A stretch of DNA of 52,149 bases, the filler included, from Dimargaris cristalligena (lineage: Eukaryota): the NCBI GenBank assembly GCA_003614675.1. It is 3 parts of 3 records of this genome, joined end to end, with 100 filler letters (N's around TTAATTAATTAA, not from the genome) between each part and the next. Parts side by side here need not be neighbours in the genome. Positions count along the whole stretch, not along the records: positions 34,893 to 52,149 come from ML002812.1; 2 more parts are not named here. One strand, written 5' to 3'. The position numbers were made by a program, and so were the translations under genes. The notes under the pieces were generated by a model. The model made no database searches. It worked only from the letters and a program-made list of their open reading frames with translations, and had not been told where the DNA came from. Position 1 is the first letter of the stretch, and each line of letters starts with the position of its first letter. Shown piece after piece: positions 46,418-52,149 of this stretch.

Positions 46418-46948
46418 TTAGAATAACTTAAACCAGCGCTGGAAGAAGTTGCGGGGTTTAGGAGGATTGATAGCGGCGGCATCCAGGCGCTGAATGATCT
46501 CGGAGTAAATAGTGGGCTGGGACTTGGGTTTGAGCAGGTTATCGGATAGGGGGAATTTCGTTTGGTAGGAGTTTTCCAGTAGCAGCTCGAAAGCACGGAT
46601 ATCGGACTCTAATTGCTCCAGCGTCAGCGAATCGAACGTCTTGGTCGTTGAATTAGCTACACCGGCCGGTTTAAGAGTGGCGGTAGTAGTGGTGGCGGTG
46701 TTGACCTTTGTTGGGATTTTGGCAGAGGAGGAAGTGGTGGTGGTGGTGGCTGCTGAGGGCGTAGCAGGGACTTCGGTTTGGAGTAGAGGACCCAATTCCG
46801 ATTCAACGCGGTGCTTTAGGGCGGTATGGAAATCTTGGTCAGCCCGAATGGGATCCTTAGGCCAGCGGGCAGAGACGGCCAGCAATTGGTTGTACAGCCG
46901 CTGGATCTCGGGGCGGGGTAATTTGGAGACGAGAACAGAGGCCGGCAT
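46418..46948 (-). CDS. CBP6: Complex III assembly factor Cbp6/UQCC2-like
   Basis: LY..LL....RWPKDPIR..DF, AFELLLENSYQTKFPLSDNLLKPKSQPTIY, with a Thr/Ser-rich insertion. Confidence 0.8.
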   Translation of the reverse strand: MPASVLVSKLPRPEIQRLYNQLLAVSARWPKDPIRADQDFHTALKHRVESELGPLLQTEVPATPSAATTTTTSSSAKIPTKVNTATTTTATLKPAGVANSTTKTFDSLTLEQLESDIRAFELLLENSYQTKFPLSDNLLKPKSQPTIYSEIIQRLDAAAINPPKPRNFFQRWFKLF

Positions 46949-47252
46949 GGTAAAAAGTGGATAAATAGACGGAGTAGGTTAAAATAAGTATTAAATGAAG
47001 GGTATTCCGTGAAAGTAATTTGGTCAAGGGACGACGCCTGCTTTGTTTAGGACTGGGGCTATAGCAGTTACAAGGTGTATGCAGCTCCCCGTTCGTTGGG
47101 TTGAGAAGCTTGCGCTAATCGCCAGCTGGACATATAAAAAATGCATAATAACATGGCGGAGCCGTTTTGTAGGGGGTTTTAGCTATTGGCTAGGATTAGG
47201 ATGGTCGTTAGATTTCGCAGTCGATTAAGTTTCCTTTAGGAGCGCTAAGTGG

Positions 47253-47260
47253 TCACGTGA
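47253..47260. promoter_or_regulatory. GTCACGTG (Cbf1/bHLH E-box) in the divergent CBP6/SUI3 intergenic region
   Basis: Motif match only. Confidence 0.3.
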
Positions 47261-47799
47261 GGAGAACAGGTGAGGTCAACTACAAATTGTAGCCAGAACC
47301 ACATTGCCCTATAAAACAACTCGCGGTTTGGCTAGGATTCATAGTCTTCGTCATATGTGGGGGGGGGGGGCTCGTCCAAATGCCTCGACTTAAATGCTAG
47401 GAAGGGATGGGGAAATATCAGTGCTAGAATATTCAATTCAATAGGGAGAGGGGACAATGCCTTCTGCCTGGAGCCGGCTGGTTTGGTCAGCCGCCACCAG
47501 ACAGGGCCAATTAAGCTGGATTACACCACACACTCAACCCGCCCTATACAGCAGGCTATTGACTCACAGTTAGGCCAAGGTCCTTTTCTCACTGATCCTC
47601 ACTACCTCTTTATTCTGCAATCATCTGGGTCTCTCCAACGGGGTTTTTCATTTTTCCTACTTCACCCTCCCTTTATTGTCCATCTTTCTTAATCACTCGC
47701 GTTACCCAAGGTTGGCCATATTGCCCTTGCACACACCTTTTGATTCCCCGACCACAATATATCTCCCCCTCCTCCTTGTTTAATAGCATCTACTTCACC

Positions 47800-48834
47800 A
47801 TGGCTGATGCCACCGATCTCGCCCAAAAGCTCGAAAACACACATCTCGAGGAGACCCTGGAAGAACCCACCGAGGCCCTCTTCGACCTGAGCATGAAGAA
47901 AAAGAAGAAGAAGAAGAAGGTCGACCTGGAGGACCTCGAGGAAGCCGACACCGCCCCCAGCTCGGCCGCCGCCACTTCCGAAGCCGGTGACGCTGAGGCC
48001 CCAGCCGAGGCCGAGGATTCGTCCGCCCTGTTTGCCGATCTGAAAAAGAAGAAGAAGAAGAAGGCCAAGGCCCTCGAGGAAGACGCCGATGCTGCCACCG
48101 GTGGTGATGAGGCCGCTGCTTCCGCCGAGGTCGCTGACCAGGCCGATGCCCTGGATTTCTCTGACCTGAAGAAGAAGAAGAAGAAGAACGCCCGGAAGGT
48201 CGACTTCGCCGCCTTCGAGGCCGAGCTTAAGGAAGGGGGTGCCGACCAGGAGCGGGATCCCTTCGCCGAAGGAAGCGGTGATGAAGGTGCCGACGGGGCC
48301 GGGGATAGCGGAACGGGCAGCGGCAGTGGCGGCGACCCCTGGTTGAACAGCAACCGGGACTACACCTACCCCGAACTGCTGGGCCGGTTTTTCAAGATTC
48401 TGCGCCAGAACAACCCCGAACTGGCCGGCGAAAAGAAACGGTACACCATTGCCCCGCCCCAGGTGGCCCGTGAAGGTAACAAGAAGACCATTTTCGCCAA
48501 CGTGTCCGATATTGCCAAGCGTATGCACCGTCAGCCCGATCACGTTATCCAGTTCCTGTTCGCCGAATTGGGTACTAGCGGTTCCGTCGACGGTAGCCAA
48601 CGGCTGGTGATCAAGGGTCGCTTCTCCCAGAAACAGATTGAAAACGTGCTGCGGCGGTACATTGTGGAGTATGTCACTTGTAAGACGTGCAAGTCGCCTG
48701 ATACCATCTTGACCAAGGATAACCGGCTGTTCTTCCTGCAGTGCGAATGGTGCGGCTCTACTCGGTCCGTGTCCGCTATTAAGACCGGTTTCCAGGCCCA
48801 GACTACCCGACGAGCCGCCATGAAGACCGCTTAG
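47800..48834 (+). CDS. SUI3: Translation initiation factor eIF2 beta
   Basis: Three poly-lysine K-boxes, [24 protein letters not shown]2-C2 zinc finger CKTC...CEWC; ATG in CACCATGG context. Confidence 0.98.
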   Translation: MADATDLAQKLENTHLEETLEEPTEALFDLSMKKKKKKKKVDLEDLEEADTAPSSAAATSEAGDAEAPAEAEDSSALFADLKKKKKKKAKALEEDADAATGGDEAAASAEVADQADALDFSDLKKKKKKNARKVDFAAFEAELKEGGADQERDPFAEGSGDEGADGAGDSGTGSGSGGDPWLNSNRDYTYPELLGRFFKILRQNNPELAGEKKRYTIAPPQVAREGNKKTIFANVSDIAKRMHRQPDHVIQFLFAELGTSGSVDGSQRLVIKGRFSQKQIENVLRRYIVEYVTCKTCKSPDTILTKDNRLFFLQCEWCGSTRSVSAIKTGFQAQTTRRAAMKTA

Positions 48835-49825
48835 AAAAGACATGCTCCATCCATCTACTCTCTCTATATCTATCTTCTTGGAGAGGGGGAATCCCTCGTC
48901 GGCTATACTTCGTGCGATATTTTTACGTTGATGCGTGTTTCCTACATTGATATCTGAGATATCGGTATTGTATGTCGTCGAAGGAAGCATGGCGTTTGGA
49001 AAGGGGGGATGCATTAGGCCAGTATGAGTATATCCTACTGACATGCGTACCTCCCTCTAATTCATCGTTTTCCTAACTGTTGTTTCATCATTATTGTCGT
49101 TGCTCCTTTTTCTCCATTTTCGTCTTTTAAAACTTGTAATACGCGCTGTGGATTACTAAAACTCGTTTATTTCATAATGTGGTGCGTACTGCTGATGTAT
49201 TTACTACACGGGTCAGCCAACCTGTTAGTGCGACTATACTCGGCGGTAGTTGAGAATGTTGTGGGCATTGTTGTTGCAGACATTTGATTATTATATATCT
49301 TCCAAGAATGCTAGTTACTTTTGGTTGCAGCAGTAGGGTGGGTGGTACATGACCGACTCGTGTTTCGTCTAATAATGCAGGTTTTATACACGCTCATCCA
49401 GTTGACCGAGAGTGATTAAGTGATGCTAAAAGGCCGATGGCCAGGATCATTTATATCGGCTATGTGTATGCTACCAGAGGTTAGCTTTCCACAGAGGAAC
49501 CTACCCCGCTTCTTCTGTAAGCGAAAGGGGGATGTATCCTCCAGAAAACCTTACAAATACTAAGTGGACGGGATCCTCCAAGTCCGTGGTATTCCTAACA
49601 GTTCACTATATGAGCAAACTCACCGGCCTTGCATCCAGCAAAACATTCCATTTTCCATTTCCAGGGTTTTGCATTTATATTTTACTACTCCGGTATTTCC
49701 CTGAGGCCCCATTCCAATTTTTTATTTATTAATATATACTTTATAGTGCCTTTCCAATAATCCGAAATCCCGAACTTCAGGCTCAGTCTGGGAAAGCCTT
49801 CGCCACCACTGCATTTCTTTTTACC

Positions 49826-51385
49826 ATGGCGACCGCCACTTCGTTCAAGGCCAGCATTTATGCCTACCTGGACTCGCTACCCACCCAAACGTTCCAGCGC
49901 CTCTTCTCGAATCCCGCCACTTGTCTGGTCATTCTCCGCCTCCTTTCCACCCTCTCCAAACAAATTATCATGGCCCTTTTGTATGTGGACCATTCCGTCC
50001 CCACCACCGACATTGACCAATGGTTCCGCCGGGAATACGCTTCGGTGGCCCGGGCTAGTCTACAGGAACTCATGAAACTTCACATTCTGACCGAAGAAGC
50101 GGTGTCGACATCGGCATCGTCGACTTCCCAACAGCGCCTCTTGGTCATGAACTCGGTCTTTCGGGAACAGCTTCGTAATGCCCTGACGGGCGGTGGGCAA
50201 CACCAGAGTTTCGGTGTACCTTGTTTATCCCGCGACAAGCACCAGGTAGACGTGGCGTTCTTGGACCGGTATGCGACGGACAAGTGGGAATCGATCCTAC
50301 ATTTTCTGGTGGGTACGAGTGCCACCGATATGCCCGGACCGGGGGTATTGGGTCTGTTGCAGCAGTCCGGTCTGATGCAACAGCAGTCGGCGACCGGCGG
50401 TGGGGGCGAACCGGGTAAACTGACTATTACCAACAACGGGTTCCAATTCCTGCTCCAGGACGTGAGTACCCAGGTGTGGATGTTTCTCCTCCAGTACCTC
50501 GATTTGGCCGAAAAACTGCAGATGGATTTGGTTGAGGTGCTCCATTTCTTGTTCCAGCTCGGGAGTCTCGAATTGGGCGCGGATTATTCAACGGACTCAC
50601 TAACGCCCACCCAGTTACAGATGCTGGAGGATCTGCGGGATTACGGTATTGTGTACCAGCGCAAGAAGCGGTCGCGGCGGTTTTATCCCACCCGACTAGC
50701 GACGACTTTGACCACCGGACTGCATAATATTACCCCTTCGTTCGGCCAGGCGGGGGCGGCCGGAGGCGGGGGCGAAGGTGCGGGAGGAAGCAGTGGCGCC
50801 TTGACCACTACCGCCGCCACGACCACGGCCGGCGGGGTCGGAGATACGTCCTCCGTATTAGCCTCCCAGGATGTGGGGTTCATCGTCCTTGAAACCAATT
50901 ATCGCCTCTACGCCTACACCGACTCCCCTCTCCAAATTGCGATCCTCAACCTCTTCGTCTCACTCAAATCCCGGTTCGCCAATATGGTGGTGGGGGTCAT
51001 TACGCGGGATAGCATGCGGAGCGCCCTCGCACACGGTATTACAGCCGACCAAATTATCGTGTACCTCACCACCCACGCCCACGTCCACATGCGTGACCGC
51101 AATCCCGTCCTCCCCATTACCGTGACCGACCAGCTGCGGTTATGGGAAATGGAAAAAAACCGCATCCGGCCCCAGAACGGCTATTTGTACAACAAATTCA
51201 CCCGGCCTAGCGATTACGCCGTCGTGTGTAAATACGCCCGCGAATTGGGGGTCGTGGAGTGGTATAGTGATAAAAGTTATAGTTTTGTGGTCACGCCGGA
51301 GGGCCATCAGACCGTCAAGGCGTTTCTGACGCGTCGGTTACAACGGCAGTCTAGTGATGTTCAGCAGCCCTCCCACCCGGCCTGA
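49826..51385 (+). CDS. TFB2: TFIIH core subunit Tfb2/p52
   Basis: WESILHFLVG, ITNNGFQFLL, RFYPTRLA, GFIVLETNYRLYAYTDSPLQIAIL, GITADQII, VTDQLRLWEMEKNR. Confidence 0.98.
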   Translation: MATATSFKASIYAYLDSLPTQTFQRLFSNPATCLVILRLLSTLSKQIIMALLYVDHSVPTTDIDQWFRREYASVARASLQELMKLHILTEEAVSTSASSTSQQRLLVMNSVFREQLRNALTGGGQHQSFGVPCLSRDKHQVDVAFLDRYATDKWESILHFLVGTSATDMPGPGVLGLLQQSGLMQQQSATGGGGEPGKLTITNNGFQFLLQDVSTQVWMFLLQYLDLAEKLQMDLVEVLHFLFQLGSLELGADYSTDSLTPTQLQMLEDLRDYGIVYQRKKRSRRFYPTRLATTLTTGLHNITPSFGQAGAAGGGGEGAGGSSGALTTTAATTTAGGVGDTSSVLASQDVGFIVLETNYRLYAYTDSPLQIAILNLFVSLKSRFANMVVGVITRDSMRSALAHGITADQIIVYLTTHAHVHMRDRNPVLPITVTDQLRLWEMEKNRIRPQNGYLYNKFTRPSDYAVVCKYARELGVVEWYSDKSYSFVVTPEGHQTVKAFLTRRLQRQSSDVQQPSHPA

Positions 51386-51485
51386 GCGGATCGAGGCGTG
51401 GCGTATAGTCCCTGGTGAGACGGAATACGAATAAGATGCTAAATCTGGATCATTCACAACTTTGATTAAACAAAAATCATCACCA

Positions 51486-51524
51486 ACTTAATAAAATGGC
51501 TACTTAATAAAATGGATACTTAAT
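51486..51524 (+). repeat. 16-bp tandem repeat (about 2.4 copies) containing AATAAA in the TFB2 3' region
   Basis: ACTTAATAAAATGGCT ACTTAATAAAATGGAT ACTTAAT. Confidence 0.8.
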
Positions 51525-51656
51525 TTAACAATGGCTCATTTATTAGCGATTGCTGTGATGCACTTTGTAAACCCAATTTGTTTTTAGTATGGCCATTCTA
51601 ATTTTATTTCGTGGAAGGGATGTATGATACAATAGGGTGAGGTTGAGCAGCGATAA

Positions 51657-52149
51657 TTAGCGTCGACGGATTGGCGATGGACTGTAACTACCCTGTAATT
51701 TTCGGTCCACTGAGCCAAATATCGAGTNNNNNNNNNNNNNNNNNNNNNNNNNNNNNNNNNNNNNNNNNNNNNNNNNNNNNNNGATTGGACTGTTAGTAAT
51801 GCTGCTGCCGCTTGTTTGTTGGAATAGGCGGAAGGCGGCCGGGGACAGTGCCCGTTGTCGGGTGATGCTATTGGGAAAGGAGTGGGATTGGCCAGGACGG
51901 ATGGAGGTTGTAAACAATACGGGTGAGTGTTAAGAGCTTCGAGCCGTTTGGTATTGGGTATTTGTTTAAGATATATAATCTAACATCGTTATAAGTATTT
52001 ACTCTACAATTACCAAATGGCATATCTATATAGATATGTTGGTAAAATGGGTGACTTACCGGTCAAGTGAGGAGGGCGTCCCCGGCCCAGGTGAATTGTT
52101 GATCCGGCTGCGGGGCTTCGGTTCCGACTCTTTGGCTCGTTTTGATTGG
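51657..52149 (-). CDS. 3' end of an unidentified S/P/R-rich gene (partial, one intron, spans N gap)
   Basis: Donor GTAAGT at 52059, acceptor TAG near 51869-51871, last exon reads ITRQRALSPAAF...SYSPSPIRRR*. Confidence 0.5.
51728..51782. other. Assembly gap (55 N)
   Basis: Run of N without the stop-codon linker. Confidence 0.95.

Noticed and set aside
47689-49044. 451-aa antisense ORF over SUI3
   Set aside because: Shadow ORF expected from the strong C/G third-position codon bias of a highly expressed gene; no recognisable protein features.
1-52149. tRNA, rRNA, CRISPR arrays or a telomerase RNA template
   Set aside because: No convincing cloverleaf, rRNA signature, repeat-spacer array or template motif seen by eye; tRNAscan-SE and Infernal would be needed to exclude them.

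Overview
Eukaryotic, intron-containing fungal DNA (GT-AG introns, CTAAC/TACTAAC branch points). The gene set suggests an early-diverging lineage such as Zoopagomycota; this is an inference. The window is not one contiguous locus: two 100-bp N44-TTAATTAATTAA-N44 spacers (17353-17452, 34793-34892) join three separate contigs, and a plain N gap lies at 51728-51782. Recognisable genes are eIF2-beta (SUI3), TFIIH p52 (TFB2), SEN34, CBP6/UQCC2, a DHA2 MFS transporter, two GPCR-like 7TM proteins, an RVxF/LRR PP1 regulator-like protein, PPR-like proteins and an AZUL-type zinc-finger protein. Several spliced genes are fragmented in the ORF track and were rebuilt by hand: an 8-exon, ~889-aa TPP1/Est3/Tpz1-like shelterin protein, a 3-exon animal/plant-type TEN1, a 2-exon TMEM141-like protein and an intron-bearing COG3044/MRB1590-like ABC-class ATPase. 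Also present are three secreted low-complexity proteins with Kex2-like sites (one a modular GGX-repeat precursor, one with a TTG start and an in-frame TAG), a truncated POM152 5' fragment, and two almost CpG-free decayed Ty3/Gypsy relics. All family assignments are from motif recognition by eye; no searches were run.
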